Both the position numbers and the translations under genes were made by a program. Source: Myxococcota bacterium (GTDB lineage: Bacteria > Myxococcota_A > SURF-8 > G963677705). Taken from it: 64,000 bases of DNA. The notes below the pieces were generated by a model. That model searched no databases, was not told the DNA's origin, and saw only the letters and a program-made list of their open reading frames with translations. Positions 46,801 to 49,604 of this stretch are shown here, piece after piece; position 1 is the stretch's first letter, and every line of letters begins with the position of its first letter. Where the stretch lies: assembly GCA_963677705.1 (NCBI GenBank), contig OY782497.1:1900774-1964773 (forward strand), written 5' to 3'.

Positions 46801-49374
46801 ATTGCTTGCCGTTCCCGTACTCCAGTTGCCTACGCAGTCCACCGCACGGGTATGGAACCACCATTCACCATCAGCCAGGTTGCTATAGGTTCTCGCCGAA
46901 GCGGGCGCACCGCTGGCACCACCAACGCCGACATATTCGGTCGCGGTATCGGGCACGGAACTGGAACTGTGGTCAATGGACACGGAGTAACCGCAGATCG
47001 TGGTGTAGGAATCCGTATACCCCCAGTCGAAGAAGGGATCGTCGTTGTTGTACCAGGTGGTGTCACTGGAGTGTGACGAGGTCAAGGTTCCCGGTACGGG
47101 GCGAACCTGATCCATGTGATACGTGTAGTTGGCCGTTGCCGAGTTCCCCGCCGTATCATACATGTTCATGTAGATGGTCCGGGCGCCGGAACTGTCTTGT
47201 TTGACATAGCGATAGGCCGAGGTAGAGAAGGAAGAATAGGAACCGCCCCCCCACATATAACGCTGCTGATAGAAACTCAGGTTATCCGCCACTTGAATTT
47301 TATGGTAGTCGTTCTGACTCCACCACCAGATTCCGGTATCAGGATGTTTCCAGCAGGAAGACTTGTTCGGACCGGAATCCGAACAGAAGGGATCCCAATT
47401 GGCCAAAGGGCTAGCCGTCGTATACCGGCTGGGGGTGATATACGGCGGCGTGGTGTCCATGCAGTAGGTTTTACCGATATAATCGGTGGAAGCACTGCCG
47501 GCACCATCATAGTTGGCCCAACTGTTGGCGTAGCTGCTCCAACCCAGGTTTCCGCCATCACGGCCACGAATAGCAATCTTACGACACCCTTCGCCACCAG
47601 GCCAGTTCAAGGTAAAGGTACCCGCTGAGTTGGTTTGACGACAGGCAATGGTTCCCAAAGAACCAAGGGTTACACTACCGCCAAGGCTGCTCCAATCACT
47701 GTAATCAATGCAGGGACTCCCATAGGAGCCGCCAAATTCACCACCGGTGACTCTCACCTTCACCGAGGGCGCAGTATTCACGTAGACATTCTCGGTTGTC
47801 GAACCGTTGTTCACCACACGAACCGGCTGCGGATAGGGACGGATGGTTGTAGACCATTCATTGGCTAGCTTATACACATTGTTGGTGTGGGAATACGCAG
47901 CAAACTTGATCGTTCCCGACGTGTCGGGTGTACAGGTGAAGTACTGCGTTGTACTGGTTTCCGAGCCCATCGTCGGACCGGAGGTACAACCAACCGCAGA
48001 ACTGGACGCTTTGCGAACAATCAGTGAACTAGGCAGGTTTTGACCATTGGTCTGGAACGTCACACTGGTTCCGGCCCAGGGCAAGGTGGTGGAAGTCACT
48101 CCACTCCAGGTAGGGGTATAGACCAAAAGCATGTTCTCTGAAGGAGTGGAACCGATCAACTGACTGTTGGTCCATCCACCCGACGACGGCCACAAGAGAT
48201 ACCACAGAGCATAGCCACCTCGACGCGGTGGTTTGTCATACATCTTTGCCGTAGTATCTGTATTGTAAGTCGTGGCATTGATTTCGGGACTTAGATAGGT
48301 GTAATCCGTACCACTGGAAAGACCTTGAATCTGCGGCCTACCATACCAGGTTCCGTTGATGTTCGGTCGAGGCAGATGAGTACCGGAAACCCACCAATCA
48401 TGGGGATACCCGGCGATTTTCCTACCGGTCAAGGATTCATTATCCGCGTCCAGACCGGAAATGGTCGGTCCGTAGATGGGAAAAATCACCGAGTCGCCAC
48501 CATCGATGACACGATAACCGGCCCCGCTGGAACAATAACGCAGGCGGAAGCGGATCCACCCCGGCTTGGTGGGCCAGCAACTGAAGGAATAATATGGGTA
48601 GCTTGTTCCTGAAATATCCTGAATGGAGGTATGACTGGCAAAGTTCTGACACCCCGTGGTACCTTCGTAATCTACGACCAGATCATGGGGAACGTTGGAG
48701 CCGGAAAACGAGACGGAAAGCTGTTGGTCCCAGTATTTGGTTGCAGGCGTCGCACTGAGAAGGCTGATGTATTCACCCTTGTTGTTCGTATAGGTGATAC
48801 GCCAGGGCATACGGTATTCGTAGGTAGAGGAGTAGTGGTTGTTGTAGTTGGCAATCACCCAGATCCACTGCCGGGTTTGGGGCATTTTCAGAACACCGCT
48901 ATCTTCATCTTTTCCCTCTCTGGGGCCGCTGACATTGTCCTTGTCCACTACGTCGGTGGAGATGTAACTTCCAGCATCCTGATAAGCCATGTAGAGTTGG
49001 GTGTCGGCATAATGGGTACCCAGGGCAATACCACAAAGCGTGTTGGGAACCCAACCCTCATTGAAATAGAAGGGGCCACCACAGAAATCACTGCTATGGA
49101 AGGTGGAGTGATTACTGGTCTGAATACGCACATCATCATTTAACGTGGCATAGTGACTGACACCCAACCAGCCGTTTTTGCCGTTGATGTTGCTGGTTAC
49201 CCGCCAATCATAATGGAAGGCTCCATCATAGTTGACTTGGGCCAGGGCCGTCTGGGAAAACATGCCGACAACCAAAGCCAGCAACGCCAGCCCGATCCAC
49301 CGCCGAAACAGGCGCGTCTTTCCCCAGGAGGTCCAAGATTTTCCACCGTCTGAGTTTGTATTCTGGCCGTTCAT
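22813..49374 (-). CDS. Giant secreted multidomain surface protein (~8,853 aa). Sec signal peptide, ~45 Ig-like/FN3-like modules, 3 LamG/ConA-like and several CBM/discoidin-like jelly-rolls, C-terminal FGE-sulfatase-like domain
   Basis: Single uninterrupted 26.6-kb ORF. Start placed at M81 of the ORF-track protein (MNGQNTNSDGG...RLFRRWIGLALLALVVGMFSQTALAQ, a signal peptide), preceded by GGGGAG. The track start at 49614 would overlap the upstream gene. Recurrent ~95-105-aa modules bounded by D(T/R)T(A/G/P)P: Ig-like (...WxPxxMSLSNDGS...W...L...GxKTVYxxFRDxxGN) and FN3-like (...PxWxW...D..SG...Y.V.W...WYFRVxAxDxAGNxS). LamG signature AFGLLFRYVDDSEYYSF...WYRLKVIVRGSQIRAFVND. The C-terminus is FGE-like. 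Confidence 0.85.
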   Translation of the reverse strand: MNGQNTNSDGGKSWTSWGKTRLFRRWIGLALLALVVGMFSQTALAQVNYDGAFHYDWRVTSNINGKNGWLGVSHYATLNDDVRIQTSNHSTFHSSDFCGGPFYFNEGWVPNTLCGIALGTHYADTQLYMAYQDAGSYISTDVVDKDNVSGPREGKDEDSGVLKMPQTRQWIWVIANYNNHYSSTYEYRMPWRITYTNNKGEYISLLSATPATKYWDQQLSVSFSGSNVPHDLVVDYEGTTGCQNFASHTSIQDISGTSYPYYSFSCWPTKPGWIRFRLRYCSSGAGYRVIDGGDSVIFPIYGPTISGLDADNESLTGRKIAGYPHDWWVSGTHLPRPNINGTWYGRPQIQGLSSGTDYTYLSPEINATTYNTDTTAKMYDKPPRRGGYALWYLLWPSSGGWTNSQLIGSTPSENMLLVYTPTWSGVTSTTLPWAGTSVTFQTNGQNLPSSLIVRKASSSAVGCTSGPTMGSETSTTQYFTCTPDTSGTIKFAAYSHTNNVYKLANEWSTTIRPYPQPVRVVNNGSTTENVYVNTAPSVKVRVTGGEFGGSYGSPCIDYSDWSSLGGSVTLGSLGTIACRQTNSAGTFTLNWPGGEGCRKIAIRGRDGGNLGWSSYANSWANYDGAGSASTDYIGKTYCMDTTPPYITPSRYTTASPLANWDPFCSDSGPNKSSCWKHPDTGIWWWSQNDYHKIQVADNLSFYQQRYMWGGGSYSSFSTSAYRYVKQDSSGARTIYMNMYDTAGNSATANYTYHMDQVRPVPGTLTSSHSSDTTWYNNDDPFFDWGYTDSYTTICGYSVSIDHSSSSVPDTATEYVGVGGASGAPASARTYSNLADGEWWFHTRAVDCVGNWSTGTASNEKRRIRIDNTPPATPATPFAIITNSPAQSRLTYATKRPTVYFSGGNDPGATASPVTGSGTSYYKCQYQNASGTIFNCPSTVSYNNGSAQAYTFSSDLADGNYNIRVQAVDKASPANVSGWSSWFAFRVDTTAPTSTSMSIDQRPYTNSSNVTVSCAASDTWTNVEVNLSNSSTSFSTTGWKALDYWQSHFWTLTSGNGNRCVYAKFRDGGGNTTAAVLSSCTYVDTSAPVITAFKLNNDAARTNSTTVSWTASVTEYTSPIKYRLRRDTDASWPTTWTTVSTATPGVPNWTLSGSISLSACASPGCTRTVYLQVEDATSLQSSAASDSIVVDQHAPQSVAAAFTASAAGGTKRSATRNIELKISYANEAWTPVTARVCAVNNQTDSSCNNYTLTGTTTPIVWDLGSGDGTKNVYVWATDAGGNGTTTAATDQVILDTAAPTGTGVTIVDGSGTTLTATSTNIVNLKITASDPWNFPPSEPLQMRVSNYANFSSGTGWTNFTPTVSNWALINTPGTKWVYVQFRDGGNNTNPSPTSSPVYNADSVILDVGGPTVTMSINNGATHTNTTAVTLNYSASDPWTPIYYRVANDGASSWSAWHTVTGSSTAHVLNSVSGTRSVSMQFADGAGCVDSSTCAGTGNGINVTSVTDTIMLDQVAPVGSIVINNGAASTSNPVVSIKLQMSDAPSAWAPYEYMVCANADRSGCTWEAWNDGNSQTVEYFTRNFTMTSSNGLKTIYYWTRDAGGNARPVGSPYSDTIILDTEPPECTVQINSGNEWTGSTLVNLTVTDAGGDANTVDVSNDQTTWSTYTINGTHTGIPSWGLTGSDGVKTVYVRCYDALNNVQSPANSDTIKLDTTSPTTPGMPQTASWNDGSTDWTGTSHPGWTWSASSDPAPGSGIRGGNSYQVEWATVNTFVGATTLYVNSDAWTVSDTWANDTTYYVHVRAYDAMGNVSAWSSTGQIRLDTASPVNGTVSINSGDEWTTSDSVDLVLSAVDNETSVSEMRICNATSPGSLPECVWRPYSTIHNNWTLNSGDGVRAVYVWFRDPLGNESVMVSDTIIYDTTPPSVPGRPMTLTPACNRQPYWTWSASSDAAQGVGLHETQPYEVRWSQNSGFSTGVLTDSSAAANYLHTSDISTGDEETWYFQARAQDKAGHWSDWSTTGTYNLDCGAPTGTNMVINYDEDRTNSLNVNLNVGATNDVVKIAVKNDAPISDGEVDGLSQDFNPSDPAQNPYAWTLSGGSDGSRTVYVRLRDSVGNWTDMGEVSNADDIILDRTGPTAPSFSLAGGAQYTQSLNVTVDADATDAWQPVAMSLSNDGSQTGNWQNLPYGGTFALEGSDGLKTVTAWFRDGGENISATVLTDDIVLDRIKPEAPGIPMTSTPTGNQRPLWTWTAASDATSGLRSSNTYEVEWTLDASWATGIQSAFSSSTTYTHTVDLTGGNWYFRVRAYDNAGWASDWANGQVEVIQVSKPDQPVVYAVNSLPLGVDEGAYRIVLNPGTNSSSTEYAIYDETTSTYVNATTGMIGSGSPDWHTLNAWQGLNGYTQINRVGSAELHRFVVFAGFEGDISDASDPASVRSFDRTAPLAPAMMVSADTANNQVDISWSNNTAQVLTGAYTYDGDAPMSGDMAFASSRDTGFSQDYIFSLNAGEVCQHTSDWRHVRSIALGSDADQGLAYDARNNVFFTQDGASGNLNLFTVTDDGATWVKTELGGGMAACHGLAADGRYLYCVAAGEPRVYRYRLTGDPISGFSALGYFETSATLTAAGVAVQNGLLFVGGNGAANYPITYYNLRDWSASTGEWSETARGTHAASGAAGSLGVSCMTSNGQYLIGHENGQTSPVYRTLPEAMLLSRAEDDLLGSYVPAGGFTDRFEAAELDDSWNVIIGAAGANLVGGRLVTDGNEVFVTNDTVPSGGSVIFEADAYATNNGEAFGLTFGTVTYRNFKALATSGISYLDGKSGLYSYTDANPFKELDVREEPTVTQNSWIHLKLVLSGMSVRGYINGQLVGSLENVDFGVGSPIGLFSRKGLVRWDNVSIRVRQSGEAVSDYGAQDQAAPDVPTFASESHLTGDADWSADRSVELAWNVPNGNATTWYFQGAMIDAQDNESNILKNGDFEYGDGADATHFFYTTSCSTLGCGERISGNTNQFGGYSWNMTGKVSKAVNLLSQSLEGVANENLILEMDYYCPDASSGQHWQIFFRNATGDDRYGMAKAYLDDGNVVDKGSTGSFVCSSGERGHLVAHFQTGPNSSQMFRIYSNKPTGDQSMMIDALRVRRVQTAVMDSVIAGYDVLWDHVADSDNAGPNLDTAEAMMTSSDLADGIWYAHVKARDVAGNWSDSLHFGPYHIDGGAPARPVVTCSNHTDNVYTNATASTCNWTDTTGPSPGQYRYCLDSTNLCTPSNVVASPSTLVSGLTEGNHYLRVVNIDQGGASPIGVFRFRVDLSAPAQPVISCTDFTHNTWGSATGTVCSWTNTAGPSVGTQLYCMDTANGCAPSTEDADRSVDLSPLGNGTYYFRVLTQDAGGESAVSVFTIKSDHQAPTKPGTPVPSTGSPTDNQYPTWTWAPSTDAHSGLRTSQTYAVMWGTTPTGIAGTAFTTSNTYTHVTPLSGGTWYFRVVAYDALNNASLTSENGIVEVVTAQMPPAPVVTAMDDVPLTSHRGRVNVKVETGANPGTTTYAIWTNANGGKYMTTAGAFTSDTPVWRLYSQWGGTNGVVGTALSGASLIEIRTKSKLGTSESDYSPAATLVTKDRNEPEVMVGHDVPFSLTVDGNPGSSDPVEMKLAAGELFFEVERFSSISGATLTHSEDSLAGQYLAFSDASSQASMEFYIPEDGLYYLYLRGNARNSNENDFFYAFDSNSDVPAVFVSEDGYDSWGWGNAYSGVTLTEGWHTLTLKGQEPMRMDAVLLAKDETLEKALIAMNQADVVSYQLTGGGESQPMGGYEDDFESDHLVHYSTVLQDETWGIVSASGNQILTDELTAGAITGLVYDGMSTHDMVVSVEASNLDDDAFGLLFRYVDDSEYYSFTLRPEVGKAFLNKSATQFAGTGTAWHEADFTSAQNTWYRLKVIVRGSQIRAFVNDALVFDVVDISAPIQAGKAGLISANNQPYARFDHFRVAPLYSGAGIKVAVDQVDFVPPEVGTETISPVVGMTNNPIISLTLGVDDPAETFHFAPDMQDLAGNRGNLLQNPGFEQGAVGIWSFTGEGYVAEQGGDVVVPYLGERYGRFNKTTATARMMSQTVMIEPDDEAGMDSYQLSFRHNSTTGGNFTVKVDLYNGFTFVQTVMDESTDTGSNWLFYRSAPIAVDNSAGDRLKVSIGTTASTGQHYVDDVSLVQMGMEQIYTGVAGADVVWDQVADTRNATPDIDFAASAGDVAIVSESLADGEWYAHVRLADNAGNWSEPYHYGPWTLDSQPPVVNSFVVNDNDAFTNDVNITVTMDVTDVQTMKVDFVNPPASIEEAYASTYYMTLDGSNAEHCVYAQFFDVAGNMSEASDCITYDDEGPTGSIVLRNQLPAHETYSASSTVDVDVDMTDAWGPLSVRFSNSTNFDAASWEAWAPIDPVHPFTMLPGEGERTVYAQFRDGGGNITITPLTDSITVDMTGPVGSFAINGGDARTASTTLSLTPAAVDPWTPLQVAFGESSSPTNWTNYSDSMTLTYDLLSTTDGIKTLYMRFRDGGGNISSSVSQQIFLDRTGPSGSVVINAGATRTNSEDVSLALSASDTWVPIEMALSNDGSTYGSWQPFAASLSWTLEHVTDGVKTVYVKFRDAGLTESAAVTDTIILDTTPPESLALTIAGGAAVTALVPVEVSLAATDSWNPVEMSLDYNTVPEDTTTWQPFQSSLTWNFNPPNDTEGEKTICARFRDGGGNISAEICDSIYLDANAPDCTVEINNGDAYVAGSTVTLTITDTENDAHEMCVLTPSDMGVCTWVPFAASVPNFDLDAGDGEREVYVSCRDTVLNTGPVNSDSIIVDTLPPAAPGTPSVGGVAATNDTTPTWSWSFANDAGSGLAETNAYEVEWWPQGGGTTQIFVNAPSPETQNGSFTHATALNSLPEPGVTHYLRVRAVDKVGNVSDWSSTGTVLVDTTAPVVTSYELNNGAACTAVLSNVSRQTYTGSPYRMAYSPEDDASWQSWRTASTIMSSVYLDDQDGTRTVFFKMNDLAGNESASVSDTIILDRQAPTFAGPIALVDPTNDSTPTISWPAMVDALCGPRPTNTYRVRWAQTVEELTTTPNNQYTTETSFTFPTALADGLWYVRVTAYDGAGNNTSLETSFTVDTRPPFGSIVVASSVAPGPDYVNQQTVTLYLTVDESNTEMRFGETLGAYQAFATTASYTFVGGNGPKTVYAVFRDEAGNESEMLSDGTFLDITAPFPAPGTPVPDEAQTGSKTPHWSWTASGDADSGLNSVRPYTLFWSKDSNFITDVYSVDLLSNEYTHSAELTTGIWYAKVMARDMANNTVESGIGQVDVQTVSTPFEPIAVYTGDGTILGDGEAAIRLFIHRADGNSNAVTYAIQDVDSGLYLNYFTGTFNTAVEDWRSRDEWNGADNEGFLVTGLDDNQLYRFQVKAYLVGLEPTDFGPVLAATGYDRSLPLQSDGYIESQSWNGSEALASLAYDLDMGETTGALYPLDGGYSMYYVSQDLSSGSSIQVVSLADNNTVSNGEQQFMINRGENATLNAGPNPWTRIAGSAPFALHSDSGVTEGELIPDSFAGTRFAVPADARPMGLPTVIDILALGPQAEDEEIRIDRYVEGMGRIATDEVHALGADRHLRLTINAGSPPTRESAIIVKSDMPLLVYTGTEDGSSRSPVAPAGRDFLTVEGDAVRAVCLKDGVVAAYALSGTEVASQNCVAGEVVSMATGMGDMYGNGYALRLAGRDGAIFSAFGMTRVSEFETPEMAPAIPSNLLSSTFMLPMDAEWVSLATMREDATVSLYQADGTLVNTYEAVEGKVVISFVSKGLALVVNSPAAAYYNPTASSGFASALFGWPANHLVVQSHMDVVADRLAQMEWLGGGDGRNDTGVDFRLYEPMPGFTTTVESPDVALESVLNINGGSLGFSLRQDSTGAHYSCLVDQDSGMAYLMYQDTGLEETPSGVSDALKRFKSLVSGQASYSMRFEAQGNRVRCFIDDSLIGELYDERTGAETSYTLAGATYSAGTGDARNLKIAVANRTWTSDLTYDDHRAPGLATDLATTSGHLTGAWSGDTNVIFGWNPAVDAETSYYVAATPTDLDGNSANGFENGRFEKGVGAMAEGWTEDTNCADGFCSFRNDAVGMDSVTDGFFGGHSWYLNADGGEEHLMMVKQVENLKAGDSYVFEFDYYCMDTPPEGAGWKLLFRDGSVDGHPDLIADGVMANEAESRPTRSDNLDCSLGLPHGHYTGYVTVQNGYGDPSFYFRVFNNAGFSNGTELLLDNLSLRRATKVDAHAGLLGYAVVCNEDAGEITRTELDLNDSAITTNCTFATTGQNYYAHLRAVDEAGNWSDETATLGPFWIDKTPPTEPSGIAVTGMSPTNDQTPSWTWTPSTDAESGMPLSNVYRVYWSQSPLGETYSAWTDTNSFTHLDDLDEGTWYLKVEAYDAVGNTMMSSTYGEVEIDISGCIIDTLAISPDYYNGNNYNASSNVTVGLTVSGQGCDYVYLSNDPTEPGYGAFSSWDGSSLLNHTLIGGEGARTVYGWVRDNAGNISLFASDFTYVDQTGPDQVAPAPTTGTMRTADNTPTWTWTATTDALSGVRDAQAYHVFWSQDAGFGSGVFDGWSDNAFYQHTAALADGTWYIKVVPYDNVNNLGPQSEIGQVIVDTTPPSDATVVINNNDPYTTSLNVTLTLTANDPWQNLQVAVRNDSSAPSGGDWQDFGAGGTSTMAHTLAGGGDGVKTVYAWFRDAGGNTTAAAAIDHITMDTQGPDCAGPLTNHHSDSGFGVTLRWPACTDAYAGVNDIFLDVDVDDDGTWDAAYQRQIVDGSATEYYYPSLNVGTTYRFRIQARDNLGHTSAYLTDVNAVTIPDRDPPSVPGNLAASATAGQISLSWDPVPDAVSYNVYASQTASDLDNLVTSGSGWGSNFARAYDGDHGITSFWTGDSPSSLKYVTFYRVSEADISKVSLHFLDSDDRIYRRQNIEIYSGGSFTELRGFRADHGYSSMIFTPVTSKQIRIGFDGSTETQINSYNDQANLIEVEMYGSRLADGLATTSYTHTVGNSETWYYKVDAVDAAGNVSAHMTTAVEMRSPDMTPPVLVDLTATPHADEARWYPYNAGTVSWQFTDAETGVDGYSWVLDQAPATIPTETNMEAGVEHAFDSLTDGIWYFHIRAVNGDGTWSDTSHFQMNMDRTPPVIATLGSSSHPDIGTWYSSWNVDFEWSATDTAPIAGYSYVFNTSPTTTPNTTSQGVNTTVSLSATSDGVWYFHIRAKNEAGMWGTAKHFVVHIDSGPEAPVVTSATHGNQANWYVNNEPQFTWTANSVSGVAGYSFHMDQSSGTAADETTEGNVTSYTSGILADGEWWLHVRAQSNSGVWGPTAHYRTRIDNMPDAPVISSSTHPAPPSWRNHNDPVFSWTPGTDALTQSGVAAYSWTFTQNATDEPAASSMGNVTSASYTDVANGTWYLHVRSLNSAQPSGAWGPTAHFEIRIDTGTIPVVASPTHPDQSQWYDDNDPEFTWSCSSPSGVNGYSFTLDQTATTTPASLSTPDGSTSETYNDLAPGIYYFHVKCQNGIGVWGSAAHYKVKINAAPVIDDVTVSKTVVKVDGIDYQEATVVVSDLNGSTNIQDVEIRISQDSATWQNARGSFKWVRDVGFSENGDNGNDRVMLSAPTSSYADNGNQLTLLFRWTLTPGSYGDIQDNDIAAAASDFNGTTAWADYDLNFHTNIQIPVANNLSPVSGSWATSFRPTLAVTPVTDANIASNTVDSGDTEYYYFDVYSSPGGNGTHYQSGWVTSASWTPAFDIPNGTWYWRVTTRDQHGWQAGPGAEWIIRIDGEPPTIDSLTATPHVDQDQWYEHRDSTLMWSASSYSGIDGYSWLLDTNSSTTPDESMDGGSTVTSEYLTGLSDGEHWFHIRALNKAGMWGDPAHYRLRVDGTAPGMPTVISSSHPVQSNWYNAQDVHLEWSGLTDTSGVIEYSYTWVSGTTCQTPDTTGEGASTSVDFLTQPDGEYCFSIKAMNGANLWGPTATFLVHIDTSAPTWGVNDVWSTSHPDPVLWYNDSFPAFAWNEGISTSGIGGYSYVLDQAAGTIPDEVAETTSIRSWTSPDAKADGTWYFHVRAASQSGIWGDTKTIQVNVDTTGPVAPTVSSSTHPVQSNWYDSNDPQFSWTVSDISGLYASNRYAYKVSAGATDTVNPGTDTLTNTASVTLSNLADGTHWFHVRARNGAGIWGEVAHFQFNLDATAPGAPVIAGDAPHHVQCPQPVADREATFTWTLTDTAPIEHWQYVFSGSPAAIPSTITDQASLTIDTGADGNFYLRVRGQNAAGTWGAIETYCVLIDTTEPPGPTVTSSHPTQGYWYSHSTTATVNYEATDGSGITCYSYTWSQVNPNDPDETCDDYSSPGTTISPAGALAQGINYFNVRAQDGTGTWGDVTHFEIRIDSTPPSLDGSVVYSNTHPNSDTWYSFAGDAADTTDDADDPQFYWIPAEDQLGGGTVASRIAGYSFSLDQNPTGDPGTSVNTESLILHGGNPSFKYSNIENGEWYFHIRVKNNNLNGSNVSYNAWSSVYHYKIRVDMAPDGAAVVPGAEDERFGSESTDPYHQDDELEHYATVDSFYILQKEVSNSEYRACANAFAEDLAHPCTASNPYDPVCDGFGTFCSTSGYCAVGCEGDPENEDPFNQVNNYYTSSPNSPVVFVTHEQAKQYCRHNGMRLLTEHEFEWAIHGGTFTNWPWGDTMDDDRLNYNNLVGYPESVSSYGSGGSDGTATYNGVRVYNLAGNVAEWVEDYYGPYPTNISGDPADNPVLDLKSDCLTRCGGDPICVEGCDRKVFRGGAWNSGLSETRAFYRGYMLPGLGADYIGFRCGKTSPRP
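22816..23604 (-). other. C-terminal FGE-sulfatase (SUMF1-like) domain of giant protein, ~263 aa, lacking FGE catalytic cysteines
   Basis: ...HEQAKQYCRHNGMRLLTEHEFEWAIHGGT...YNLAGNVAEWVEDYYGPYP...KVFRGGAWNSGLSETRAFYRGYMLPGLGADYIGFRCGKTSPRP. The xRGGxW and GFRC motifs are present. No Cys-x4-Cys follows the GG(A/S)W motif. Confidence 0.7.
23695..28137 (-). repeat. Array of 12 divergent ~100-aa FN3-like tandem modules in giant protein (residues ~7160-8640)
   Basis: Consensus (T/S)HPxxxxWYxxxxPxFxWxxxxxxG(V/I)xGYSYxLDQxxxTxPxxxxxxxxTxxxxxxLxDGxWYFHVRAxNxAGxWGxxxHxxIxID. One 247-aa insertion follows copy 5. A 13th, isolated copy sits near the N-terminus (residues ~845-950, nt ~46765-47082). Confidence 0.7.
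40681..41172 (-). other. LamG/ConA-like jelly-roll domain 1 of giant protein (residues ~2815-2978); two further copies at nt ~37435-37932 and ~31315-31647
   Basis: NVIIGAAGANLVGGRLVTDGNEVFV...GEAFGLTFGTVTYRNFKALA...NSWIHLKLVLSGMSVRGYINGQLVGSLENV...WDNVSI. Copy 2 reads GLLFRYVDDSEYYSFTLRP...NTWYRLKVIVRGSQIRAFVNDALVFDV. Copy 3 reads GFSLRQDSTGAHYSCLVDQ...SYSMRFEAQGNRVRCFIDD. Confidence 0.5.
44239..46416 (-). other. Block of 7 consecutive Ig-like ~100-aa modules in giant protein (residues ~1067-1792). Similar blocks recur at ~4350-4912
   Basis: Boundaries fall at DTTAPTS, DTSAPVIT, DQHAPQS, DTAAPTGT, DVGGPTVT, DQVAPVGS, DTEPPECT and DTTSPTTPG. Positions come from a manual residue count, +/-30 nt. 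Confidence 0.5.
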
Positions 49375-49604
49375 GACGAACTCCCCATACCGTGTATAAA
49401 AGGTCTTTGATTCCTTACTTGTATAGTCTGGCTTCCGATCTCGTGAACGAAGGAAAGCTCCCCCGTTGAACGTGTCGCCTTGCCCATGCGGCGTTGACTT
49501 CCACGGACCTTGCGGCAAAAGCATCTGCCGTTTTTCTTTGTGTTGTCCGTTCATGGCCGTTTTCCTTTCGTTCACAAGATCGTTCTTTCTCGTCGATTCC
49601 ATCT

